Notes under the pieces: generated by a model
Databases searched by the model: none
The model's input: the letters and a program-made list of their open reading frames with translations, nothing else
What the model was told of the DNA's origin: nothing
Assembly (NCBI GenBank): GCA_002314685.1
Contig: DCHB01000065.1
Span: 19,007-43,006 of the forward strand
Length of the DNA stretch: 24,000 bases
Source: Clostridiales bacterium UBA1763
Lineage (GTDB): Bacteria; Bacillota; Clostridia; Oscillospirales; Oscillospiraceae
Direction of reading: 5' to 3'
Made by a program: the position numbers and the translations under genes
Shown: positions 1 to 7,975 of the stretch, piece after piece
Layout: each line of letters opens with the position of its first letter
Numbering within the stretch: the first letter of the stretch is position 1

Positions 1-162
1 CAGAATCAGCTTAAGAAGCTTGACCTTATCAGCGCCGCAAACACCGTTGTCGCTGAGAAGGACAACATCCGAATACCTGTCGAGAACAACATACCTGCCG
101 CCGATACCTCTGCTTTTGATGCCGGCAACACTCAGGTTTTTTCGTTCTCTAAGGACAACTGA
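1..162 (+). CDS. 3' end of an upstream CDS (hypothetical protein; start lies outside the window)
   Basis: Frame 1 is open from base 1 to TGA at 160-162 (QNQLKKLDLISAANTVVAEKDNIRIPVENNIPAADTSAFDAGNTQVFSFSKDN*). An intrinsic terminator follows about 25 nt later. The ORF track omits it because it has no in-window start. I recognise no family. Confidence 0.4.
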   Translation, partial: QNQLKKLDLISAANTVVAEKDNIRIPVENNIPAADTSAFDAGNTQVFSFSKDN

Positions 163-185
163 GTTTTGTAGGAATCACTCGGCTC

Positions 186-232
186 AAAAGCGTGCAGTGG
201 GCGACTTTTCACGCCCCGCGGCACGCTTTTTT
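186..232 (+). terminator. Rho-independent terminator of the upstream CDS
   Basis: AAAAGCGTGC (186-195) pairs with GCACGCTTTT (221-230). There is an inner GGGCG/CGCCC stem (199-203/212-216), and the T-run continues to 232. Confidence 0.6.
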
Positions 233-256
233 GCGTTTTGTTGAAAGCCCTTAAAA

Positions 257-285
257 TTGAAATAAATAATAAACATAAATATAAT
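257..285 (+). promoter_or_regulatory. Sigma-A-type promoter for ileS
   Basis: TTGAAA (257-262), a 17-nt spacer, then TATAAT (280-285). The GGAGGA RBS at 294-299 precedes the ATG at 308. Confidence 0.5.
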
Positions 286-307
286 TCACATTCGGAGGAT
301 ATACCAA

Positions 308-3111
308 ATGGCACAGAAATATGATGTTACACTGAACCTTCCCAAGACCGATTTTCCCATGCGAGCAGGTCTGCCCAAGCGCGAGCCCGAAATGCTCAAG
401 CACTGGGAGGAGCTTGATATTTATAATGAGATGCTGAAGAAAAACGAAGGCAAGCCGCTTTTTAATCTGCACGACGGCCCTCCGTTTTCCAACGGTAACA
501 TCCACATGGGTCACGCACTGAACAAGGCGCTCAAGGACTTCATCACCCGTTCCTACGCAATGCGCGGCTACTACACCCCCTACATCCCCGGCTGGGATAA
601 CCACGGTATGCCCATTGAGTCGGCTATCATCAAGGAGCAGAAGCTCAACCACAAGGCGATGAGCGTTGCCGACTTCCGTTCAGCCTGCGAGGCTTATGCT
701 GAAAAGTACATCGGCATTCAGATGCAGGGCTTCAAGCGCATGGGCGTTATCGGCGACTGGGAGCATCCCTACAAGACCATGGACAAGGGCTTTGAGGCTG
801 ACGAGGTCCGCGTATTCGGCAAGATGTACGCAAACGGTCACATCTACAAGGGACTCAAGCCCGTTTACTGGTGCGCACACGACGAGACCGCACTCGCTGA
901 GGCTGAGATTGAATATCACGACGACCCCTGCACGACTGTATATGTCAAGTTCCCCATGAACGACGATCTCGGCAAGCTGTCACACCTTGACCTTTCAAAG
1001 CTCAAGTTCGTCATCTGGACAACCACTATCTGGACTCTGCCCGGCAACCTCGCAATCGCACTGCACCCCTACGAGAGCTATGCAATCGTAAAGCCCGATT
1101 ACAGCGATGAGCTGTTCATCATGGCTGAGGCACTGACCGAGAAGGTCATGGGTATCGGCGGCTATACAAGCTATAAAATCCTCGAGGTTCACCCCGGCAG
1201 CTTCTTTGAAAATATGCTCGCCGACCACCCCTTCCTGCCTAAGACAAGCCGTCTCCTGCTCGCCGACTATGTCACCATGGACAGCGGTACGGGCTGTGTC
1301 CACACCGCACCCGGCTTCGGCGCAGAGGACTATCTCACCTGCAAATCCTACGGCATGGATATGGTCGTTCCCGTTGACGACCAGGGCAGACATACCGACT
1401 ATGCGGGCAAGTACGCAGGAATGCAGACCGAGGAATCCAACCCCATTATCCTAAACGACATGAAGGAAGCGGGCTCACTGTTCGCATCCGAGGAAATCGT
1501 CCACTCCTACCCGCACTGCTGGCGCTGCAAGCACCCGATTATCTTCCGTGCAACTCCTCAGTGGTTCTGCTCCGTTGACGGCTTCAAGGAGGAGGCTGTC
1601 AAGGCTTGTGACGATGTACGCTGGCTGCCCGCATGGGGCAAGGAGCGTCTGGGCGCAATGATTCGCGAGCGTGCCGACTGGTGCATCTCCCGTCAGCGCC
1701 GCTGGGGTCTGCCCATTCCCGTATTCTACTGCTCGGACTGCGGCAAGCCCGTATGCACCGAGGAGAGCATCGAGTCCGTCGCCTCTATCTTTGAGGAGCG
1801 CGGCTCCAACGCATGGTTCGAGCTTGAGGCAGAGGAGCTTCTGCCCAAGGCATTTGTATGCCCCCACTGCGGCGGCGTGCATTTCACCAAGGAGACCGAC
1901 ACCCTTGACGGTTGGTTCGACTCGGGCTCCACTCACTTCTGCGCAATGAAGCGTGACCAGGGCTTCTGGCCCTCCACCATGTATATTGAGGGCGGCGACC
2001 AGTACCGCGGCTGGTTCCAGTCAAGTCTGCTCGTTGCAGTCGGCGCACTCGGCATGGGCTCACCCTATAAGGAATGTCTCACCCACGGCTGGACCGTTGA
2101 CGGCGAGGGCAAGGCAATGCACAAGTCCCTCGGCAACGGCGTTGACCCCTCCGAAATCATTGCGGAGTTCGGTGCAGACCTCATCCGTCTGTGGGCAGGC
2201 TCGGCAGACTACCATGTTGATGTCCGCTGCTCAAAGGAAATCTTCAAGCAGCTTTCGCAGAACTACCTCAAGTTCCGCAACACCGCACGCTACTGCCTCG
2301 GCAATCTTGACGGCTTCGATGCCGACAAGCTCGTAAAGCCCGAGGAAATGGCAGAGCTCGACAAGCTGGGCAATCACCCGCCTGAACGCACTCATCGAGA
2401 AGGTCGCCAGCGGCATACGACAACTACGAGTACCATGTGATCTCCCACATCATAAACGATTTCTGTGTTGTCGATCTGAGCAACTTCTACCTCGACATCA
2501 TCAAGGACAGACTCTACTGCGAGGAGCGCGACGGTCTCAAGCGCCGCAGTGCACAGACCGCGCTGTACCTCATCCTCGACACGATGACCAAGATGTTTGC
2601 ACCTATCCTCGCCTTCACCTGCGACGAGATTTGGCTTGCAATGCCTCATAAGTCCTCCGACGATACCCGCAACGTTGTTCTCAACGAGATGAACAAGCCC
2701 TTCACCGAGTACGCACTCGACGATGCCGAAATGGCAAAGTGGGACGCACTCATCTCCGTGCGTAACGATGTCAACGGCGTGCTTGAGGCGGCGCGTGCCG
2801 ACAAGCGTATCGGCAAGCCCCTTGAGGCGGCAGTCACCCTGCGTGCAAAGGGCGAGAGCAAGGCTGTTGTCGAAAAGATTTCCGACATGAATCTGAGCGA
2901 GCTTCTCATCGTTTCCGAGTGCCTCATCGCCGCGGACGACGAGCCCGACGCAGACGCTGTCACGGGTACGGGCTCGGCAAACAGCGGTCTCACCGTTTCC
3001 GTCAAGGAAGCGGCAGGCGCAAAGTGCCCGCGCTGCTGGATGCACTCTGTCAAGGCAGACCCCGAAACAGGTCTTTGCCCCCGCTGCGCCGCTGTCGTCG
3101 CAAAGCTTTAA
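308..3111 (+). pseudogene. ileS: Isoleucine--tRNA ligase (IleRS, type 1 with C-terminal zinc finger); the frame is interrupted by two +1 shifts near 2366 and 2412
   Basis: ORFs 308..2440 and 2437..3111 together give a full IleRS (HMGH-type N-terminus PPFSNGNIHMGHALNK, KMSKS-like KAMHKSLGN, C-terminal CPRCW...CPRC). The junction needs three frames: ELDK (frame A), WAITRLNALIEKVAS (frame B from 2367), and AYDNYEYHVISHIINDFCVVDLSNFYLD (frame C from 2413). Confidence 0.9.
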
Positions 3112-3126
3112 TAACTATCATTTTCA

Positions 3127-3163
3127 TCAGGGACAGTTATTTGCTGTCCCTGATACTTTTTTA
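3127..3163 (+). terminator. Rho-independent terminator of ileS
   Basis: ATCAGGGACAG (3127-3137) pairs with CTGTCCCTGAT (3145-3155) around a 7-nt loop. A T-run follows at 3158-3163. Confidence 0.8.
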
Positions 3164-3360
3164 ATCTCGGTTAAACGCTTCATTTAATCGTTTTTGCGGT
3201 GTCCCGACCAGTGACATTCTGCTAAAGTTAAGATGTACCCTAACACATCGGTACACCGCATAGTTCTTCACTCATTGCGCTTCGCTCCATTCACCCCTAC
3301 GGAGTTGGATTTAGCTTGCACCCTCACTCATCACTCATCACTCATCACTCATAGTTCTTC
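3164..3360 (+). repeat. Mosaic intergenic repeat: long S module (3164-3246) plus one R unit with a TCACTCA heptamer tail
   Basis: 3164-3246 is near-identical to 20716-20797. 3272-3360 contains the core CATTCACCCCTACGG (3289-3303) and 3x TCACTCA (3325-3345), as in the units at 19699-21046. Confidence 0.85.
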
Positions 3361-3453
3361 ACTCATCTGCTCTTGACTATTTCGCTTTTTTAGTGCAAAA
3401 TAGTATAGGGAAAGAAGCTTTGTCGGCTTTGAAAAGCCAAAGGAGACAGATAA

Positions 3454-4242
3454 ATGCTATACGCTCTTATTGCCGCAATTGCTTTGATTGCGGACCAGTG
3501 GCTTAAATACTGGGTTACTGTTAATATTACTCTCAACACGGGCGATGTCGCGCTCATTCCGAGCGTCATTAAGCTTGTGAATATCCACAACAGCGGTGCC
3601 GCCTTCGGTATGCTGAGCGATTTTGCATACGCCAAGTGGTTATTCCTTGCCATCGCCGCCGTGTTTGTCGTCGTTATTATCCTCGTGCTTGCGAAAAACA
3701 CCTTCGACTCACGCTTTGCAAACTGGTGCGCCGTGTTTGCCATGGCGGGTGCCGTCGGCAACTGCATCGACCGCATTCTGTACGGCTATGTCGTTGATAT
3801 GTTCAAGCTCGAGTTCATGGATTTCGCAATCTTCAACGTCGCGGATATTTTCCTCGTTGTTGCGTGCATCGCGTTTATTCTTTACATCATCGTCGATACC
3901 TTCAAGGGCAAGGACGGGGACAAGCCCGAAAAGCAGAAAAAGCCCCGCAGGGCTGACGATGCCGAGGATGACGACTACTTCACAGCGGGCATAAACACGG
4001 CAGACCCCGACTTCCCCGAGGACGCCGTGCCCGTCAGTCTTGAGCCTGAGTCAAACGGTGATGAATTCTGGGAAAACTTCAAATCTCAGGTGCATAAGGA
4101 GGAGGCTCCCAAGGCGAAGGCAAAGCCTGCACCTGCAAAGCCCGCACCCGCACCCAAGGCAAAGCCCGCACCGAAGGTCGCGCCGAAGGAAGCGGACGAG
4201 TTTGACCTTGAGTCGATTATGGCTGAGTTTAAGGATTTATGA
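3454..4242 (+). CDS. lspA: Lipoprotein signal peptidase II (LspA) with a ~110-aa low-complexity C-terminal extension
   Basis: The N-terminal ~150 aa carry LspA motifs (NSGAAFG, GAVGNCIDR, FNVADIF). The AGGAG RBS is 8 nt upstream. The tail is acidic, then an AKP/PAP repeat. The lspA-rluD synteny is typical of Firmicutes. Confidence 0.9.
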   Translation: MLYALIAAIALIADQWLKYWVTVNITLNTGDVALIPSVIKLVNIHNSGAAFGMLSDFAYAKWLFLAIAAVFVVVIILVLAKNTFDSRFANWCAVFAMAGAVGNCIDRILYGYVVDMFKLEFMDFAIFNVADIFLVVACIAFILYIIVDTFKGKDGDKPEKQKKPRRADDAEDDDYFTAGINTADPDFPEDAVPVSLEPESNGDEFWENFKSQVHKEEAPKAKAKPAPAKPAPAPKAKPAPKVAPKEADEFDLESIMAEFKDL

Positions 4243-5162
4243 TGGACAATACAGAGCTATTGATTATCGAGGAGAGCGGCGAGAGAATCGACGCTCTCCT
4301 TGCTCAAAATGTTGAGGGGCTCACCCGTTCCGCGGCACAGCGGCTTATTGAAAGCGGCGCGGTGCTTGTGAACGGCTTGCCCGTCAGGAAAAACTGCAAA
4401 TGTGCCGTCGGCGATGAGGTCACCTTCACCCTGCCCGAGCCCGAGGACATTGAGCTTCGCCCGCAGAACATCCCGCTTGACATCATGCTTGAGGATGAGG
4501 ATGTAATCGTTGTCAGCAAGCCGCGCGGCATGGTGGTGCATCCTGCGGCGGGACACCCCGACTCGACGCTTGTGAACGCGCTTTTGTATCACTGCGGCGA
4601 CTCGCTGTCGGGCATAGGCGGGCAGAAGCGCCCGGGGATAGTTCACCGCATTGACAAGGACACCTCGGGGCTTTTAATCGTTGCAAAAAACGATTTTGCC
4701 CACCTTAACCTCTCTGCACAGCTTTCAGACCGCAGTCTTTCGAGGGTTTACGAGGCCGTCGTAAAGGGCAGACTGCGCGAGGACAGCGGCACGGTTGATG
4801 CGCCTATCGGCAGGCATCCGACAGACCGCAAGCGCATGGCGGTGACGGATAAAAATTCCCGCAATGCCGTGACGCATTGGGAGGTAATCGCCCGATACAA
4901 CGGCTATACGCACATAAGATGCCGCCTCGAAACGGGGCGCACGCATCAGATACGAGTGCACATGGCGCACATAGGACATCCGCTGTTGGGCGATTTTACC
5001 TACGGCGCACCGAGTCCCGAAAAGGGGCTTATCGGTCAGTGTCTGCACGCGAAGGCGCTAAAGTTTATCCACCCGCGCACGGGTGAAGCAGTACAGCTTG
5101 AAACCGAGCTTCCCGAATATTTCACCGAGGTTTTATCCCGCCTCGGCAATCAAATAGGCTGA
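4239..5162 (+). CDS. rluD: 23S rRNA pseudouridine synthase, RluA/RluD family (N-terminal S4 domain)
   Basis: Motifs HRIDKDTSGLLIVAKN and GRTHQIRVHM are present. The start overlaps the lspA stop (ATGATG; ATG at 4239 or 4242). Confidence 0.9.
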   Translation: MMDNTELLIIEESGERIDALLAQNVEGLTRSAAQRLIESGAVLVNGLPVRKNCKCAVGDEVTFTLPEPEDIELRPQNIPLDIMLEDEDVIVVSKPRGMVVHPAAGHPDSTLVNALLYHCGDSLSGIGGQKRPGIVHRIDKDTSGLLIVAKNDFAHLNLSAQLSDRSLSRVYEAVVKGRLREDSGTVDAPIGRHPTDRKRMAVTDKNSRNAVTHWEVIARYNGYTHIRCRLETGRTHQIRVHMAHIGHPLLGDFTYGAPSPEKGLIGQCLHAKALKFIHPRTGEAVQLETELPEYFTEVLSRLGNQIG

Positions 5163-5201
5163 CAAAAACCGTTGAAAAATCAACGGTTTTTGTCAGCTTT
5201 T
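5158..5201 (+). terminator. Rho-independent terminator of rluD
   Basis: GCTGACAAAAACCGTTG (5158-5174) pairs with CAACGGTTTTTGTCAGC (5181-5197). TTTT follows. Confidence 0.85.
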
Positions 5202-5443
5202 ACTGCATCTGTAATCCTTACGACTTTTCTTTGTGTTCGCCAAAGAAAAGTTGCAAAAGAAACGCGACCAAGGGGCTTAGCCGCCCCTTGGAACCTTGCA
5301 CAACACCCTATTTCCGCCGCAAAGTCTTTACTTGGTATTCCCCCGATGCACCTGCGGTTGTTTCTATACACTTCAGCCACGCACATCTTTACAGGCTACC
5401 GCACTGCAAACTTGCAGGCCTTTTTGTCTTAGTCTGCACCCGT
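5200..5443 (+). repeat. X element copy 1: ~240-bp hairpin-rich repeat (candidate structured RNA or ssDNA element)
   Basis: By hand alignment it is about 88-90% identical to the reverse complement of 10054-10290. It contains four hairpins (5224-5250, 5268-5291, 5314-5360, 5404-5417) and a T-run at 5421-5425. Confidence 0.8.
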
Positions 5444-5538
5444 GCACTCATCGCTCATCACTCATCACTCTTCACTCTCTCACCGGTCGGGACACCGCAA
5501 TAACGATTAGATAAAGCGTTTAACCGAGATTAAAAAAA
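5444..5538 (-). repeat. Heptamer tail plus short S module (inverted orientation) ending in a T-run
   Basis: The minus strand of 5480-5538 reads TTTTTTTAATCTCGGTTAAACGCTTTATCTAATCGTTATTGCGGTGTCCCGACCGGTGA. This matches 9861-9917, 3158-3213 and 20711-20769. Confidence 0.8.
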
Positions 5539-5665
5539 CGGGGTCATTTCATTCCCTCCTACGGCGTTGTATTTGTCTGCACCCGTCCACTCATCACTCA
5601 TCACTCATAGTTCTTCACTCAACTATTCACTCATCACTCTTAGTTCTTCACTCGCAAAGCGGGCT
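5539..5665 (+). repeat. Hairpin-arm variant plus R-type loop segment plus TCACTCA heptamer tails; overlaps the 3' end of dpaB
   Basis: CGGGGTCATTTCATTCCCTCCTACGG (5539-5564) is the reverse complement of the CCGTAGG.GGGAATGAAATGACCCCG arm seen at 19854 and 20684. The tail TAGTTCTTCACTCGCAAAGCGGGCT (5641-5665) equals 9998-10022. Confidence 0.8.
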
Positions 5666-6218
5666 GTAATTGTTTGCCGTTTAGGGCGGCTTCGAGCGTT
5701 TTTTCAATTAGCGAAAAATCCGAGGCGAGCGAATACGGCTTCTTTTCATAATCGTCCTGCCCGTATGGCACGAGGTAAATGTTCTTGCGGTTGAAAAGCT
5801 CCGCTATATTTTTAGCCGAGCCCGTCAAGCCGTCGTTTGTCGAAAAGGCGATGACGAGCGGCTTGCCGTTTCGTAAGTGTGCCTTTGCCGCCATAGTTAC
5901 CGCGCTGTCTGTAATACCGTGCGCAAGCTTTGCCATGGTGTTGCCCGTGCACGGTGCGATAATAAGTGCATCCATGGGCGCACTCGGTCCCAAGGGCTCG
6001 GCATCGACTAAGCTTTGCACAACCTCCCGTCCCGTAAGCTCATAAAGCCTGCGCTTAAAACCCGCGGCATCGCCGAAGCGTGTGTCGGTGTAGGCTGCGG
6101 TTTCGCTCATAATTGGCACAAGCTCGTATTTTTCGCTCAAGCCCTCTATGCTTTCAAACAGCTTTTCATAGGTGCAGTACGAGCCGCACATCGCAAGCCC
6201 GATTCGTTTTTTACCCAT
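5640..6218 (-). CDS. dpaB: Dipicolinate synthase subunit B (flavoprotein, SpoVFB)
   Basis: The N-terminus MGKKRIGLAMCGSYCTYEK and a length of 192 aa are typical of DpaB. The GAGGTG RBS is 5 nt upstream. It overlaps dpaA by 8 nt. Confidence 0.85.
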   Translation of the reverse strand: MGKKRIGLAMCGSYCTYEKLFESIEGLSEKYELVPIMSETAAYTDTRFGDAAGFKRRLYELTGREVVQSLVDAEPLGPSAPMDALIIAPCTGNTMAKLAHGITDSAVTMAAKAHLRNGKPLVIAFSTNDGLTGSAKNIAELFNRKNIYLVPYGQDDYEKKPYSLASDFSLIEKTLEAALNGKQLQPALRVKN

Positions 6219-7041
6219 TTTGACACCTCAATATGTTCTTATAAATTACCTGCGCCGCACTCATCGGCGCATATTTTGCGGGCAAGCCCGCCGCCAAGGT
6301 ACAGCGCAGTCCGAGCCTCGCCGCCTCTGCTCTGTCAAGCCCGTAGGGATACGACGCAAGCTCGATGAGCACACAGCTTTTCTTCAGCGCCGCAAGCGAG
6401 GAAATCATCTCCGCGGGTGCGGTGTTTATTACCGCGTCAAACGCCGACAGCACCGCGCTTTCCGTGCCGACCGAGAGTGCATTTATGCCCGCGCTCTCGG
6501 CATAAGCCTTTGAGCCTGCATTGCGTGTGAGAATGTAGGTTTTTACACCGAGGGCGGCGAGCTTTTGAGTCAGCAGTCTGCCTATTCTGCCGTAGCCGAC
6601 AACAAGCACACGACTGCCGAACAGCGTTTTCCTCATGCTTTGCATCAAAAGTGATACAGCGCCCTCCGCCGTCACCGCGGCATTGTAAACGGCAAAAGCC
6701 TCGTCTGCGGCATAGTCGTGCACTGCGATTTTGCGGGCGCTGAGCAAATCGCACATCTCGGGACTCGGCATACCCGCACAGACCGTACTGCCCTCGGGGA
6801 TAATCCGCGCAAGCTCTGAAACGGTAATTTTTCTGTCCGACAGCGGCGCATTTAGAAAGCCGTCCTTTACTGCGGGAAGCGGCAGTATTACGCAGTCGGC
6901 GGGGCAGGCTTCTTCAATATTTTCAACACAGTCAAGCCCCGACATTTCGAGTGCATGGCAGAGCACCTCGTTTTTATCAGCAGCGAGCATTCGGGCGAGG
7001 AAAACCGTTCTTTCGTCCCCGCCGATTATCAGATATTTCAA
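6211..7041 (-). CDS. dpaA: Dipicolinate synthase subunit A (SpoVFA)
   Basis: It has an N-terminal Rossmann-like IIGGDERTVFLARML and a second VLVVGYGRIGR NAD-binding motif. I prefer the TTG start at 7041 (GGAGGTG, 6-7 nt spacer). The ORF-track GTG at 7050 lies inside the SD sequence. Confidence 0.8.
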   Translation of the reverse strand: MKYLIIGGDERTVFLARMLAADKNEVLCHALEMSGLDCVENIEEACPADCVILPLPAVKDGFLNAPLSDRKITVSELARIIPEGSTVCAGMPSPEMCDLLSARKIAVHDYAADEAFAVYNAAVTAEGAVSLLMQSMRKTLFGSRVLVVGYGRIGRLLTQKLAALGVKTYILTRNAGSKAYAESAGINALSVGTESAVLSAFDAVINTAPAEMISSLAALKKSCVLIELASYPYGLDRAEAARLGLRCTLAAGLPAKYAPMSAAQVIYKNILRCQNG

Positions 7042-7079
7042 TTTTTTCACCTCCGAAGCTACGGATTATCTTATTCCCA

Positions 7080-7108
7080 TAGACTTTGAGCTGTGCTTGT
7101 GATACAAT
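7080..7108 (+). promoter_or_regulatory. Candidate sigma-A promoter for thyA-folA
   Basis: TAGACT (7080-7085), a 17-nt spacer, then an extended -10 TGaTACAAT (7100-7108). Confidence 0.4.
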
Positions 7109-7136
7109 TAGAAAAACTTTTGTTTGAGGTGAAATT

Positions 7137-7967
7137 ATGAGCAAGGCTGATGAAATTTTTATCGCTAACTGCAGGGATATACTTGAAAACGGCTATTGGG
7201 ACACCGACCTGCCCGTAAGACCCCGTTGGGACGACGGTGCGAGTGCCCACACCGTTAAAAAATTCGGCATCGTAAACCGCTATAATCTTGCCGAGGAGTT
7301 TCCCATTATCACTATCCGCCGCACCTATTGGAAGTCCGCAATCGACGAGCTTCTGTGGATATGGCAAAAGAAGAGCAACGATGTGCACGAGCTTGGATCG
7401 CACGTCTGGGACGCTTGGGCTGACGAAAACGGCACAATCGGTAAGGCATACGGATATCAGCTCGGAGTTAAGCATCACTATCCCGAGGGCGATATGGACC
7501 AGGTTGATCGCGTGCTGTTCGACCTTAAGAACAACCCCTCCTCGCGCCGCATTATGACCAATCTCTACAATCACGCAGACCTCAGTGAGATGGCACTCTA
7601 CCCCTGCGCCTACTCCATGACCTTCAATGTCACGGGGAACAAGCTCAACGCAATATTAAATCAGCGCTCGCAGGATATGATGACCGCAAACAACTGGAAC
7701 GTTGTGCAGTATGCCGCGCTGACCTGCATGATGGCGCAGGTTTCGGGACTTGAGCCCGGCGAGTTCATGCACGTCATCGCAGATGCGCACATTTACGACC
7801 GCCACATTCCGCTTGTCGAGGAAATTCTCGCAAACAAGCCGACCGAGGCACCGAAGTTCATCATTGACCCGACTGTTGACGATTTCTACAAATTCACCGT
7901 TGACAGCTTCAAGATGGAGGGCTATGAGCCGAGCGCATTCAAGACTAAAATCCCCGTTGCCGTGTGA
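7137..7967 (+). CDS. thyA: Thymidylate synthase (ThyA)
   Basis: The 276-aa product has ThyA hallmarks (RRIMTNLYN, ALYPCAYSMTFNV, NQRSQDMMTANNWNV). The GAGGTG RBS is 5 nt upstream. Confidence 0.9.
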   Translation: MSKADEIFIANCRDILENGYWDTDLPVRPRWDDGASAHTVKKFGIVNRYNLAEEFPIITIRRTYWKSAIDELLWIWQKKSNDVHELGSHVWDAWADENGTIGKAYGYQLGVKHHYPEGDMDQVDRVLFDLKNNPSSRRIMTNLYNHADLSEMALYPCAYSMTFNVTGNKLNAILNQRSQDMMTANNWNVVQYAALTCMMAQVSGLEPGEFMHVIADAHIYDRHIPLVEEILANKPTEAPKFIIDPTVDDFYKFTVDSFKMEGYEPSAFKTKIPVAV

Positions 7968-7975
7968 GGTGCAAA

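Noticed and set aside
163-307. A possible T-box or attenuator leader upstream of ileS
   Set aside because: Only about 145 nt are available. I see no T-box consensus (nothing like GGGTGGTACCGCG) and no specifier-loop features. The hairpin with its T-run at 186-232 sits right after the upstream CDS stop and before a good promoter at 257-285, so it is that gene's terminator.
2392-3053. ORFs of 217 aa and 135 aa on the - strand
   Set aside because: They are antisense to the C-terminal part of ileS and are shadow ORFs in GC-rich coding sequence.
3236-3256. A TGTACC/GGTACA hairpin at the end of the long S module
   Set aside because: It is not conserved in the other long copy (20786-20810), so it is probably fortuitous.
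5172-5514. ORFs 5172..5432, 5231..5503 and 5296..5514 (+), and 10005..10259 and 10048..10257 (-), some sharing the N-terminus MCSPKKSCKRNATKG
   Set aside because: They lie entirely within the X and R repeat DNA. The shared peptide simply reflects the duplicated nucleotide sequence. The copies differ by indels that break the frames, there is no RBS, and the products are low-complexity.
7071-7574. A 167-aa ORF on the - strand spanning the thyA 5' region
   Set aside because: It is antisense to thyA and would run through the divergent promoter region. It has no motifs.
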